A stretch of DNA of 55,248 nucleotides, counting the filler, from Ionaspis alba (taxonomy: Eukaryota): NCBI GenBank assembly GCA_964255285.1. It is 2 parts of 2 records of this genome, joined end to end, with 100 filler letters (N's around TTAATTAATTAA, not from the genome) between each part and the next. Parts side by side here need not be neighbours in the genome. Positions count along the whole stretch, not along the records: positions 1 to 27,618 come from CAXUUL010000136.1; positions 27,719 to 55,248 come from CAXUUL010000137.1. The stretch is one strand, 5' to 3'. Position 1 is the stretch's first letter, and each line of letters begins with the position of its first letter. Below, piece by piece: positions 24,210-36,175 of the stretch. The notes under the pieces were generated by a model. It did not search any database. It was not told where the DNA came from and worked only from the letters and a program-made list of their open reading frames with translations. The position numbers and the translations under genes are program-made.

Positions 24210-27200
24210 ATGGCCAAAGAAGACGGAGAGGCAAACACCCATCTCCCCAACCGGAGGGTGACTTCGCCGACTTTCCAAACCTCCTGTGAAAGTAGCTTTG
24301 TCCTATCAGAAAGGCCCAGCCATTGCAAAGGTCCTGACCAGGCACACTCGCCGAGGAAGCAAAGAATGCCCAAACATGTACATATTGCAGAGCCTGATTC
24401 TCGACCAGTTCCCGGAGGATCGAATGTCTATCTGGGATCTTATGGCAAGAGTACTGGAAGGTCCCCTACCTCTCTCAACGGGACACCGCGTGACAGTCCC
24501 CAAGCCCTTCCTACGCCTTCGCCTCGCGCAAGCTTGAGTCATCAACAGCTTGAACGTCTTCTACTCGGAGTGGATGCGGACCTGGACACTTATGGCCTCG
24601 ACGAGCTCCGGGATGGCTTCTTCGATGCCTCCTTTTATCGTCCTTTACCTCGAGACCGTGTCGCTATGCAAAGGCGTGCATCCGAGACCTTACCCTCCTC
24701 GATGCGTGTTCATCGGCCCCTCTATTCTCCGAAATGGTTTCTTCAGCAATGGCATCAACTGGTCACCATTACTGGGACCGTTGCTACGAGTAGGCTTGGT
24801 GTTCGACTGTTGAAGTCCTTTGTCAGCTTCATAATTGCATACGTCATGTGCCTTGTTCCGATAACAAGAGATTGGCTCGGAAAGTATAGCTACATCTCCG
24901 TCATATCTGTTATCATAAATCATTCTGGAAGGTCCATCGGTTCTCAGGTAGATGGCGCCTTACTGACCACATTCGGAACTGTGGTAGGTCTACTCTGGGG
25001 AAGTGCAGCACTTACTGCTGCAACCTCGACCGCATCCGCGAGAATGGGTTATGGTGGTATCCTGGCTACATTCCTGATCCTCTTCACCGCTTTTATTGCC
25101 TGGTTACGCTGCGTGTTCATCCGCTTTTATCAAGCTGTGATCTGTGCGGGGATTGCTATCTGCTACACCTGCCTCGCTGATACTTTCGAACCCGTAGGAT
25201 GGGTCAAATTCTCGCAATTCGCTATCCCTTGGACAATCGGACAAGCCATCGCTCTAGTGGTCTGTATCATGTTCTTTCCTGCAGCTGGTACACGCCCCGT
25301 AGCGTAAGTGGATTCTGAGCGCACTGATAGGCCACAACTTACCAGATTGTCAGAGTCTCTTTTCATACTGCATTGGAGGCCATAGAATCCGCACTTTGTT
25401 TGCCACGCCTGGAAACTTCTTCCCTGAACCGAAATCTCGCATGGCACTTCGTGAATGTTTCACAAACAGTCCGCGATTTCACGATTGACCTGTCAATTTC
25501 TCCTTACTCTCCAGGCGATGTGCGCCAGGTCCGTAATCTGATTCAAGGTGTTTTACGCTCTGTAGCAGCTACGAAGACAGACACTGTTCTCTTCGATTTA
25601 GCTGGATTTCCCCAAGACTTTGTTCCGAATGTTCAAGAAGCTGTTGGCAGATTCACATCGGGATATAGAAATCATCCAGATGAGCTTATCAAAGATCCCT
25701 CTCGAATTGTCTCCAAGATTCTCGCTTCTCCTACATCTCAAATGATCCATGCACTTAAGGAAGCTGTCCGGCGCATAGATGCTGGACTTATGGATATATC
25801 CGGATACCGTAGATATTTTGGACCACCGAAGGAGATCTCCTCCAATCTCGACGAGGCGCATATTGAGCTTCGAGCCGCACGTACCGCTTTCGATGAGGCC
25901 GATGATTCCCTCATAGCTCATCCCGATCTCTCCATGGCTTATTCTAATCATCCTGAGCTGGTGGAACTGCTGCTTTTTATTCAGCCAATCCGGCAAGCTC
26001 TTGATAAGGTCGAGGCGCTTTTGCTCCAAGTAATGGCCATGCAACAAAGGCACCCGAGGCTGAGAGTCAACCCACCTTCTTATCCACTGTCCAAGATTTT
26101 GCTTCGCAGTAATGCTCAGGTACGGCATGATCGTGGTGGACTGACCGCAGGATTCTATTTTCGAAGTAAGCGAGAACTAGAGAAGGCAATGAACGACCTT
26201 CAGAGTCGGGTATTCGTTCCGTTCGAGCGACAGTCGTTGGGTAGACATTTTCCGGATCAGAGCAGAGAAGAGACTTCGCAACAAGAACAACGTGATGTTA
26301 CGAGCCAGAAGAGCCGAGTGGGAAGTGTCGACACGGCGTCAGAAAACACTCTGCGATATCATGCTTGGCAGATACTCCATCATCTTCAAGGCTTTGAAGC
26401 TCGCTTCGCCGTCAAAGTCACCATTGCGACGACGCTTTTCTCTATACCTGCATGGCTACCGCAGACTAAGGTCTGGTGGAATAACAACGAGTGTTGGTGG
26501 GTAGTTGCTATGATATGGGTCACAATGGCTCCTAGAGTTGGAGGCAACTTCCAGGATCTCGTGACCCGATCGTCTTGCGCAGTATTAGGGGCTTTCTGGG
26601 GAGGTCTGTCATATGCCGCTGGTGGTGGCAATCTATATGTTATAGTCGCTTTTGCTTTGACCTTTATGATACCCATGTTATATCGTTTCACGTTGAGCTC
26701 GCATCCTCGATCAGGACTAATTGGGTGTCTTACATTTACAGTGGTATCGCTGAGCGAGTATCGAAATGAAGGAGGACCATCTGTTGTGACCATTGCTTGG
26801 ACAAGAGGATTTGCCTTTGTCGTTGGAGTCGTTGCGGCTATCCTAGTGAACTGGATTTTGTGGCCCTTCCTCGCACGCCATGAGCTGAGAAAGTCGGTGT
26901 CTACAATGTTGCTTCATTGTGCCATACTTTATCGAGGCATCGTGGCAAAATATATTTATTATGATAAAGATCATGAACCGGGACCTAAAGATATCTCTAA
27001 ATCAGAAATGCTAGAGGGTAGACTGAGAGAGGGTTTTGTGCGCATACGCCAGCTAATGGAGTTAACAGAACACGAAATGGTGAGTCACTCCGAGCCATCA
27101 ACTCCTGGAAATACTGGCTAACTGGAGTAGCGACTTCGTGGACCATTCGACCCCATACCATACAGTGCATTGATTGACGCATGTGAGCACTTCTTTGCAC

Positions 27201-27604
27201 GGCTTCTGGATGTTCGCCAATCGAGTCTTTATTTTCAACCTCATATGCTGGCTAGCTACCATCAATCCACGGACAATCTCCTTACCGTCCGCCGCGACGC
27301 CGTTGCCACGATCCTCATAAATCTCTACATCCTCGCCGGAGCTCTGCGATCTGATCGCCCTGTCCCACGTTATCTCCCTTCAGCAGCCAATGCGAGAAGA
27401 CGATTACTTGATAGGATGGAATATACTGAGGCTGAACAGGAGGTGAATGGCAGCACAGCGGACGGCTGTAGCGCCAGAAGATGGCAGGATGTGTACCGAT
27501 ATGCCTATTCTGCAGCTTTGACAGACATTGTGGAGCAGTTGGAGCAGTTGCAGTATTACACGAAGGAGATCGTCGGAGAGATAGGCTTCGATATCGGACA
27601 CTGA
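24210..27604 (+). CDS. Multi-pass membrane protein, aromatic acid exporter / FUSC-like family (Bre4/ArAE-type); 3 exons
   Basis: Two hydrophobic TM clusters (HSGRSIGSQVDG.. and FAVKV..IPAWLP..WPFLARHELR); C-terminal NLYILAGALRSDRPVPRYLPSAANARRRLL; introns near 25304-25345 and 27080-27128. Confidence 0.85.
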
Positions 27605-27618
27605 AGCCTAAGTATTTG

Positions 27619-27718
27619 NNNNNNNNNNNNNNNNNNNNNNNNNNNNNNNNNNNNNNNNNNNNTTAATTAATTAANNNNNNNNNNNNNNNNNNNNNNNNNN
27701 NNNNNNNNNNNNNNNNNN
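27619..27718. other. Assembly gap: 44 N + TTAATTAATTAA + 44 N (artificial six-frame-stop linker)
   Basis: Palindromic 12-mer at 27663-27674 centred exactly in a 100-nt N run. Confidence 0.95.
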
Positions 27719-28080
27719 CCCAAAACCCTTAATCCAACCAAACAATTCCGCTCTCCATACCCCAAAACCAAAAAGAAGCCTTGACGCAGGACGAGCCCTC
27801 AAAAACCACCACTCAACGTTACCTCACCGTCGCCTTCCCAAACCAGCTCCCATCCACCACAACCTGCCCTTTCCAGCGCCTTCGAAGCGCCTCACAGCAC
27901 GGCTTGTCCATAATCCCACCAACCAAATGCGCAAGGCGTTCGAAAGGCTGTGGAACACCTACTCTCCGTGCCTGCCACCAATGCGTCAAACGCACGAGTC
28001 ATGCTTCTCCTACCCACTGCCACCGGGGTAAGTAAGACACAGTAATGCAGCGAGCGAGCTCAAAACCGGCACAAGGCAAA

Positions 28081-28117
28081 GTAGCAGCAGTAGTAGTAGT
28101 GGTAGTAGTGGTAGTAG
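28081..28117. repeat. Imperfect (GTA/GCA/GTG)n trinucleotide microsatellite
   Basis: gtagcagcagtagtagtagtggtagtagtggtagtag. Confidence 0.8.
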
Positions 28118-28886
28118 CTCACCCATGCCTTCCCCCCCCAAACCCCCTAAACCTTGCCATTACCGGTTGGAACAACAAGCCATGGTGCGAAACACAAGGC
28201 TGTAGCGCAGCATCCCTGGCAGTTATGACGGTATGGCGCCGATGGAGGGAGGGGGGTGGGATCGCAATAAATTGTCGTGGAGCCAGGGACCGGTTTTTTG
28301 GTTTAGAGGAAGAAGGTGAAAGAAGGTTGGGGAATTTGAAGGACGTCACTTATGGATGTTGGGAATCTTGGATAGAATGTCACGATAGGTGTAGGATGAG
28401 TGTGTGAATAATGGATGATGAAATATTGCAATCTGCCATTTCTATGGTTTCGCTGCAGCGAGGGTGGGTATAGTGTCCTTCTCTTATCGGTATTCTTACA
28501 CATCTTCTCGTCTGTCCAGTCGGACACCGCTCTTCAGGTAGGTATCGCGCCATCAGCAACCACAGCCAGCTTTCCATATCTCCCTCTCTCTCACAAAGGC
28601 CTCTTTCCATAGAAGAAAAACTCCCTCCCACGTTAATCAGTTGAGAACAAATCGTAAACGTCCTCATCCCTCAATCCTCGCGAGGACGATGAAAAGTATA
28701 AATGTAGAGACAGTCCAGACGAACATCCACACAAAAACAAAATATCAGCAGCGCGCCATCTCATCTATATGGATAGGTGGTGGTACATGGTGGTGGTGTT
28801 ACAAGTCGTAGCGCTAAATCGAATGAGAAAAAAAGAAGTCGAAGTAACATAACAGTCATATAAAAAAATTGCCACACACGCGACTC

Positions 28887-30101
28887 TCAATCATGCGACG
28901 AAGCCCACGAACCCTCCGGACTCCCATGATCCGAAGCGCCCGAAAGCCGATCGCCCTTGTGAACTTTCCGGTGACGGCGCAAGTTCGAGACGACAGAAAA
29001 ATTGCGGCCACAGCCTGGGACTTCGCACGCGAATGCTGCAGACGCATTAGTATCAAAACCCAGCTGATAGAGGCGTAAAGACGGAAGTAAACGTACGCTT
29101 CTCGCCCGTGTGGCTGTACATATGCGTCTGCAACGAGCTCGGCCTCGTAAACCTCTTCTCACAAACCTTACACTTATGCTTCTTCTGCGTGCTCGACGAA
29201 ACCTTCGAATTAAACGAGCCCATCATGGACGAGGGCGCCGGAGGCATATTGCCGCCCATAAGACCCGAGGGCCGTGGAAGGGTGCGCGAATTGATGGGTT
29301 CGTTCATTTCGGACGCTGAGCTGTAGTCTGTTACTGAAGAGTCGACGGAGCCCGCGAAGTATTGTGGGTAGCCGCTGGCTGACGAGATGGAGGAGTGAGA
29401 GGAGTGCGTGGAGGGGAAGCCGTAGGAGTCCATGGAGTTGCGGTCGCCGCGGGGACCGTAGATGTTGCGGGGCGTGATGTCTTGGCTCATGGCTACCATT
29501 CCTCTGGCGCCGTCGAGGGCTTCACCGAAGGCGGTTTGGGATTGAGGGATCGAGGTGTTACTTCTGGATGGGTAAGCATGGGTAAATTACGGGTCGCGAT
29601 GGTAAAAAACACTCACGATTGCGACAACCGTCTGATGTCATCTTGTTGCTGGGTCTGCTGTTGGGCCAGTGATTGACCATATGAGTTGATCGGTGCATAT
29701 GTAGCTGATTGAGGTGCGTATGAGGTTGTTGGTTGAGATGGTGCTGTAGAGTATGATTGATCGTATGTCGCTCGAGATGTATTCATCAGATCTTGCGAAG
29801 TATTCAATAGATCCGATGAATATGGTAGGCTGGGGTAGTTTCCGCTACCGATAGGGGGCGCGCTGGCAGGCATTGATGAATATGGCATTGACATGGTCGT
29901 TGGTCTGGACGATGGCTCCACTTTCGACAGTGAACTGTATCCGAAATTGTTGGGTGGAAACATGCCGGCGGATGAAGAATGTCCAGCGGTCGTAGAAGAC
30001 CAAGGGTTGTTGAAATGAGGAGGTCCAGAAGTGTAGGGCATGTGATCGTAGCCCAATGAACCGAGAGAATGGCGTTGCTGAGTATCAATAGCCATCGTCA
30101 T
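28887..30101 (-). CDS. flbC: Two-finger C2H2 transcription factor FlbC (conidiation regulator); 3 exons
   Basis: MTMAIDTQQR start, S/Y/P/Q-rich N-terminus, QKKHKCKVCEKRFTRPSSLQTHMYSHTGEK and FACEVPGCGRNFSVVSNLRRHRKVH. Confidence 0.9.
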
Positions 30102-30599
30102 ATTGTTTGGTAATTCGCCAAGATCTTCCGGATGGAATGCAACTCAGAAAGGAGTATTGGAGTCGGAGATTGCTTGCGGTGGAGTAGAGTATTGAAATAA
30201 AGATCACCACATGAGTTGACCTGCTATCTTGAAGGATTGATGTTGACCCTGCAGATATCTGTGGCAAATGGATATATTTGGTGACGCCGATCGTTTGCTA
30301 GGACGTGGAAGTGGATTGGAAGGAGAGCGATCTGCGCTTCGACAATGGTGATTTTATGAAGAGCGGTATCGGTTGAAAGAGTTCGAGATATCAATGCCAG
30401 CTATGCAATGATGATAGATAGAGTACAGGATAAGGTGTATTGATACAATGGTACAAAGACTGTATCGATAGTTGATGATTGAAGCTTATTTTCTTTCTTC
30501 CCTTTTGGAGATCGACTGTTCGGAAGAGAATTAAGAATTGATGGGAATATGTCAGGTTATGTAGATCGGTAGTATGGAGTGGAGTGGGGAAGAGGGCGA

Positions 30600-30617
30600 G
30601 TAGTAGTAGTAGTAGTG
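30600..30617. repeat. (GTA)n microsatellite upstream of flbC
   Basis: gtagtagtagtagtagtg. Confidence 0.7.
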
Positions 30618-33600
30618 TACAATAAGGGAGCGCAGGCCAGTGTAGGGTAGGATGGAAAGATGATGGAGCAGTAGGATTGAGGAGGAGAACAACGGATAAG
30701 GTCTTAGCTTCGACGCCAAAAAACGCCTCTAGACGGGGGTGGGAGACAGGGGGCAGAACGCCCCGCGTCATAAGGTCGGACCCTTGCGCTACCGTTGTGA
30801 ATGGTCCTCGAATCAGAGGGCAGATGGAGGTCCGCTCCGGAGCTGAGCTTGGAATTCCTTCTTGTCTTGAGCGTCATCCTCCGAACAATAATGTTTATTA
30901 ACATCTTACTCGTATTCAGTCTGACCCTTATATTTCTCCGGTAATAATGTGTTCCGCTAAGTAGTGAAATATATGTATCTCTGCCGAAGGGTGTGAAAGC
31001 TCAAAGGTTTTGGAAATCATCTCAGATATGTTCATTTCTCGCGGACCTGTAGTTGGTCCATACTGCATGTACCTTCACCAAGAATCAACTTGGAAATCCT
31101 GGTACTTCCATTATCAGTAGCAGGGAACTTGCACAATCCCGCGATCACGCCATGGAGATCCCAGGAGGGAGGAGATAGCTATCATTGGTACAGGTGATGA
31201 GTATTGCATGACCCAGTGGAGTGGGAAAAGTGGTCGCTATGACTGAATCAGTAACAGTCCTCAGCAGCAGCAGCAAGAAAAATACTCGGATGGTCCTCCG
31301 TACACCGGATGTGATCAAGCTTGCAGCGCGGGTGGCGAAAGTCCGGGATAGAAGCAGGTATAGAGCACAATGGCTTGATCCAAGGATTCGGTGGTTGGCC
31401 GATACTCGTGCTGTAAAAAGAAGCATGATGGCGCTTTCGAAGCAGGAAGAGGGGTGTTGAACAGGATAGCAATGCGACCAATAAACACCATCCTCGCCGG
31501 CAAACAACGATGGAAGGCTCATACTGCCTTCTCCTCCGACATTCGCTGAACCACGGTTCCACGGTACTCCAAAGGCCGTTTCGGCACAAAAACGCAAGCA
31601 TTCTCCACTCCCACCGACGGAGTCAGCAAAACAAATTATGCTCTCCCACGCACAACAGCCAGCACAACCGGCGCAACGCCAACACCACCCTCCACCAGCC
31701 CTTAGTAACGCCCACTTCATCCGCCATCAGCCAATCCCGTTCATGAAACTTGACAGCGCCCACAGCCTATCTCCCGCCGTCACAGCAAACCCACCCCAAC
31801 TCAGGACAAGCGACAACCCTCGTCACCACGCCATCAGTGGACGGAAAGCCGTAAGGTCCAAAGCCTCAAATGAAAAAAACATTCTGGTGGCGCCCCCGTT
31901 CAACCATTAGGTGTTAGTCGCTTCCAAGCGAAGCACCCTTGTCGTTGTAGTTGTTGTTGTTGTGCCTTTCTGCCTTTTCCCCCTCGTTTTCTACGCGTCG
32001 CTAGCCAATCGATCCCGCACCAAACGATGTCATTCCGCAGCCGTGGTGAGACATGCCAAGACCTTGCCAAAGCGGATAAGATTGCCGTTGGGCGGGGGGG
32101 AGGTGCCTTCGACGTCATTGTACTTAGCCGGTGCTTGCAACCCTGGTTTTTCTTGTTGTTCGCTGCTTTGATTGCGATGATGGGTTGAAGCTGAATGAAC
32201 TTCGAGAATTCGTTGTATTAGACCAGAACAACTCTCTTGCCTTTCCTTTTGCAGAAGCATGTCGGAATTTCGCATGCACTAAATCCTCCGAAGTTGTAAG
32301 CTCGGCGCATGGTGATTCGACGTCGAATTAGGAAATTCAGCCCACATGTCGCTAGAAAAGCCATGGCGTCCTGGAATACTTCGATACCGATGGTGGCTTG
32401 CATGGGTCTGTGAAATGATCGCGCAAAAAGAGGACATTGGAGCAGGCATCAGAACTCCATCGAATCAAAATTCACAGGATGGAGCATGGCGGTATTGGCG
32501 GGTATCCATTGCTATGCTTCGATTGATAGCGCCATTCAGGAAACCGGAGGTGGAACTCGGGTCATGGAGTGTGAGCATTATTGCTCAAGCCTCGGTGATG
32601 CGACCTGCATCACGGCCGTGACAGAGCCAATCGAGGAAACTCATAGAATAAGGCTGTGCAGAACAGAAGCTGCTCGAACATCTCCTACGCCTCCGGCACT
32701 TTACTCGTGGAAAGCAACACGAATGCAGCTTCCTCCCGCCTCCCCCCACGGCGATCAACAACCCCCAAAGCACAGGGCTGTCTACTAGGTCCCGTAAACG
32801 AGTACGAGAAAGATATGGAGAATGAACGACGGGGCCTGACGATCGGACTCTATAATTAAGCTTGAACGAGAACTTGCTGATCTTGCGTTGACTGTAACTT
32901 TGTAGGGCTGCCAGTAGGGCTGCCAATAGGGCTTTGGGATTGTTGGGGGTGGCGAATCTTTATGAATAGAAGTGACTGTCTATCAGTGAGGGAAGGCAGG
33001 GATACATGGTTTGTGATACAGTGGTAAGATACTTGTAAGCAGGGCTCCTCGGTACTGGGACTCTTGGTAAGGGTTTGTAGGAGGATTGACATGCTGGTAT
33101 AGTCGGAGAGAGGTCTATTGTTGGATGGTTAATTTTCATCGTATCGCTAGAGTGGCGAACGCATCATCTTGAGATAAGATAACAGATATGCTCTTCTATG
33201 TTGGTATCGTTCCTCTTGAAGATCATAGACGTAGCAATCGCTATTGATAGAATAGAGGGTACCTGGTAGACCATGCAAGCTCTTTGACATCTTATACTTC
33301 ACCTATGACGTTGGCTTTGAAAGAGTGAACGATATCATTCATGCAGGAGAGCCTTGGAGGATTGCGTAAGGGAGTGACGCCCAATGAACGAAGCAAGCTC
33401 CAATGAAATGGTAAACAGTTGAAACAGGCACGAGGTTCAACAGGGCCAGCCAGAACAGTAGGGCGCCATGGGGTAAGCTGACATATCTAATACTATCGAT
33501 AGGGCTGTCATTCCCCATGGTCACGAGATAGACTGGTGACATGCAGAACGTAATGATTGACAGGCATGCAAGAGTTTTCCTTCACATCACCAAATCTTCA

Positions 33601-33674
33601 GAGATATACAGACCATATAAAACCAGAACGCCCGAGAAATGCCGCCAGAAGGAAGGCTGGCCACCATGGCCCAA

Positions 33675-33774
33675 NNNNNNNNNNNNNNNNNNNNNNNNNN
33701 NNNNNNNNNNNNNNNNNNNNNNNNNNNNNNNNNNNNNNNNNNNNNNNNNNNNNNNNNNNNNNNNNNNNNNNNNN
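33675..33774. other. 100-N scaffold gap flanked by an exact 55-bp duplication (33620-33674 = 33775-33829)
   Basis: aaaccagaacg...catggcccaa is identical on both sides of the N run. Confidence 0.95.
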
Positions 33775-33835
33775 AAACCAGAACGCCCGAGAAATGCCGC
33801 CAGAAGGAAGGCTGGCCACCATGGCCCAACCACCG

Positions 33836-35282
33836 TTAATGAATCCGATCCAGCTTCGCCTTGTTCGCCGCAATCCCAATGTCCACGCGATCAGTCTACC
33901 ACCCTCATTAGCCCCACACTCCTCAAACCCCACACCAGAAGTAGAAGACTCACCTTATCAGCGATCCGATCCAAGTGCCTATTCTGCTCATCCACCTCCT
34001 GTCCCGTCGCCCTCGCCAACGCATTCAACCTGCCCGTAGCCCCACTCAACGCATCCAAATTACTGTCAATCTCATTCTCCATCTCTTCGTCCTCGCTATC
34101 CGCCTCAAACTGATACTTGGCCCTCTCCGCCAGATTCTTCCCCCTCGGCTGCCCATACCCCGGCGCCCCGGGCTCAAGCTCCTTGAATGTCTTCTGCAGC
34201 CGCTGGTTCGTCTGATAACCCGCCCGACGAGTGGCTTCCCGCTGTTCGCGCTCGTCGAGGTGCTTGTCGATGACGGCTTGGTCGCGGGCGGAGCGCCGGG
34301 CGCCGGCTGTGAAGGGGTTAGAGACGTGGACGGCGAACATGCTTTTGTTGAGGGTTTTGAGCTCGCGGGCTTTTTCTTCGGCGATGCGGTTTTGATTGTG
34401 GGAGAGGTCGAGGTTTTTCTCTGTGTTGTGGATGTGTTCGCCTTGGGCACCGAGGCGAGCAAGTGTGTCTCGACCCGTTTCTTCGGCTTGTTGGGCGATT
34501 CGTAATGCGTTGCGTGTGGAAGAGACGTCTTCTTGCTTCATGAAGCGGATTTGTTGCTTCGTGGCTGAGACGTCTTCTTCTTCCTCTTCTTCGGCCGTTA
34601 GTTGACGGTCTTGGTAGGTGGGTCCACCGTAGCCTTGGGATGCGGAGCCTCCGTATCCGCTAGATTGGCTGGGTGGTTGGCCTCCCTCTTCGTAAGGTGG
34701 TGGTTGTCCGTAGTTTGCATTTTGCTGCGACTTCTGCTGGAGCCGGTCTTTCGCTCCGCCGAACAACTCATTGCGTTTTTCCTCTGCAGCCGTGTCAAAG
34801 CTGTCTCCTCCGAGACCGCCGTAGCCGCCAGCACCGTATCGAGAAGTAGTCTGGGAAGCTGCAGAGCCACCGCTGGTCCCATATCTGTCTCCACCATATC
34901 CACCACTGGTCCCGTACCTATCCGCTCCATAACCTCCACCACCGTAGCCACCGGACTGCGCACCGTATCTGTTGTCATTACTATTTGCACCGCCATATCC
35001 ATTCTTCTCGGATGCTTTGTCGTCTGTTCCATATCGATTGCCTCCAGCATATCCTCCACCATTAGGTTCATCGTATCTACTTTTCGAGGCTGAGGAAGGA
35101 GCAGGTGGATTGTAGACCTTCATCTTTGCTTGCGTGTATGGGTCTGGAGGCACCCCTGTGGGTTGTGCGTAAGGGTTTGCCGTAGGAGCCGGTGATTTGC
35201 TCTTTGACCTCGAGCCAAAAAGAGCAAGCCGATTGGAGTCCTCGCCATCTTCGCCTTTCTTGCCAAAGCCGAATTTCTTCAT
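33836..35282 (-). CDS. SEC9: Sec9, SNAP-25-like plasma membrane t-SNARE; 2 exons
   Basis: MKKFGFGKK start, G/Y-rich N-terminus, SNARE motif 1 (KQEDVSSTRNALRIA..LGAQGEHI), LNKSMFAVH, SNARE motif 2 (ENEIDSNLDAL..EVDEQNRHLDRIADK); short last exon TDRVDIGIAANKAKLDRIH, stop at 33836. Confidence 0.95.
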
Positions 35283-35652
35283 TGCAATTAGAAATAATGT
35301 ATAGTGATATCGAGAGACGTTAGGTGCTTGTGAAGATCAGAAGGTGGGAGTCCGGGGTTTCAGAAAGTTGTGCCTGATCGACGGTGGTCTGGAACTAACG
35401 GTGGATCCACTAATTCAGCCCGATTCACTTAAAATAGACCATTGTCGTCGTACACTCCTCTTGCGGTTCTCAGCCACGATATCAGATATTACGATTACAT
35501 TTGCCCTTCACAATGACTGCTACAGTACCGGCAAGCAGCGAAAATTGGATTCACTACCTCTCGATTTGAAGTATGCTACCACGGAAGTGTCCAACCAACC
35601 TCATCTGAATCAAGTAGTGGGATGAGAAACCGAGCCCGGGCTTTCCGTGATC

Positions 35653-35907
35653 ATGAGCAACGAGCAGCCGAAAGACGAGGAACTGAAAACTGGAGAGAGC
35701 CTCGAGGAGGACAAGAAGACTGTGAAGGAAAACATGCGCGCTCTGGAGGCTGTTCAAGCAAAAAAGAGCGTTGATGCTAGTTTGAGTTGTGAAAGGTGCG
35801 GGCAGCGGAAACTTAGCTACTCGCAGGTGCAGACGAGCGATCTGGATGAGCCAAGGATCACGTTTTGTGAATGCACAGTTTGCGGGAACCGGTGGAAATT
35901 CCTGTGA
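35653..35907 (+). CDS. Truncated TFIIS (Dst1) paralogue: linker plus C-terminal zinc ribbon only (84 aa); may be a pseudogene
   Basis: SLSCERCGQRKLSYSQVQTSDLDEPRITFCECTVCGNRWKF matches TFIIS domain III; degenerate domain II-like sequence lies upstream in the same frame, separated by TGA at 35623-35625. Confidence 0.7.
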   Translation: MSNEQPKDEELKTGESLEEDKKTVKENMRALEAVQAKKSVDASLSCERCGQRKLSYSQVQTSDLDEPRITFCECTVCGNRWKFL

Positions 35908-36175
35908 AAGTCCTTCGCTGGCTCAGGCGTGGCGGGAGAAGCGGCATAATCTGTGTTTGACAAGGAGCCATTACGTTCTGGACGCTCCGGAAGGCAAGTC
36001 AACAACAAAAAGCATTGGATATAATAGTGGATAGATTCACGACTTCGAATCATTGGAATGGGTATCTACAGTGCTAAGCAAAGGACACAGTTCCGAAAGA
36101 CATTGGCCTGTCGGATCCATTTAGGTACCTTCTTCTTAGACATCCAGGAAATACCTCAATGTCCCTACCAGGCTC

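Noticed and set aside
27663..27674. TTAATTAATTAA as a biological palindrome or transposon target site
   Set aside because: Centred in a symmetric N run; a synthetic linker
27719..27735. cccaaaacccttaatcc next to the gap as a telomere-like repeat
   Set aside because: No tandem CCCTAA units; just C/A-rich intergenic sequence
31145..31720. 191-aa minus-strand ORF upstream of flbC
   Set aside because: No recognisable domain or coding-like composition; likely chance
33891..33952. Hydrophobic tail VSLLLLVWGLRSVGLMRVVD at the end of the Sec9 ORF, suggesting a membrane anchor
   Set aside because: It is read-through into a GTGAGT..TAG intron; the spliced last exon completes the second SNARE helix
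35623..35625. In-frame TGA upstream of the TFIIS-like ORF as selenocysteine or programmed readthrough
   Set aside because: Ascomycetes are not known to insert selenocysteine, the position aligns with Gly rather than Cys, and the surrounding sequence is degenerate
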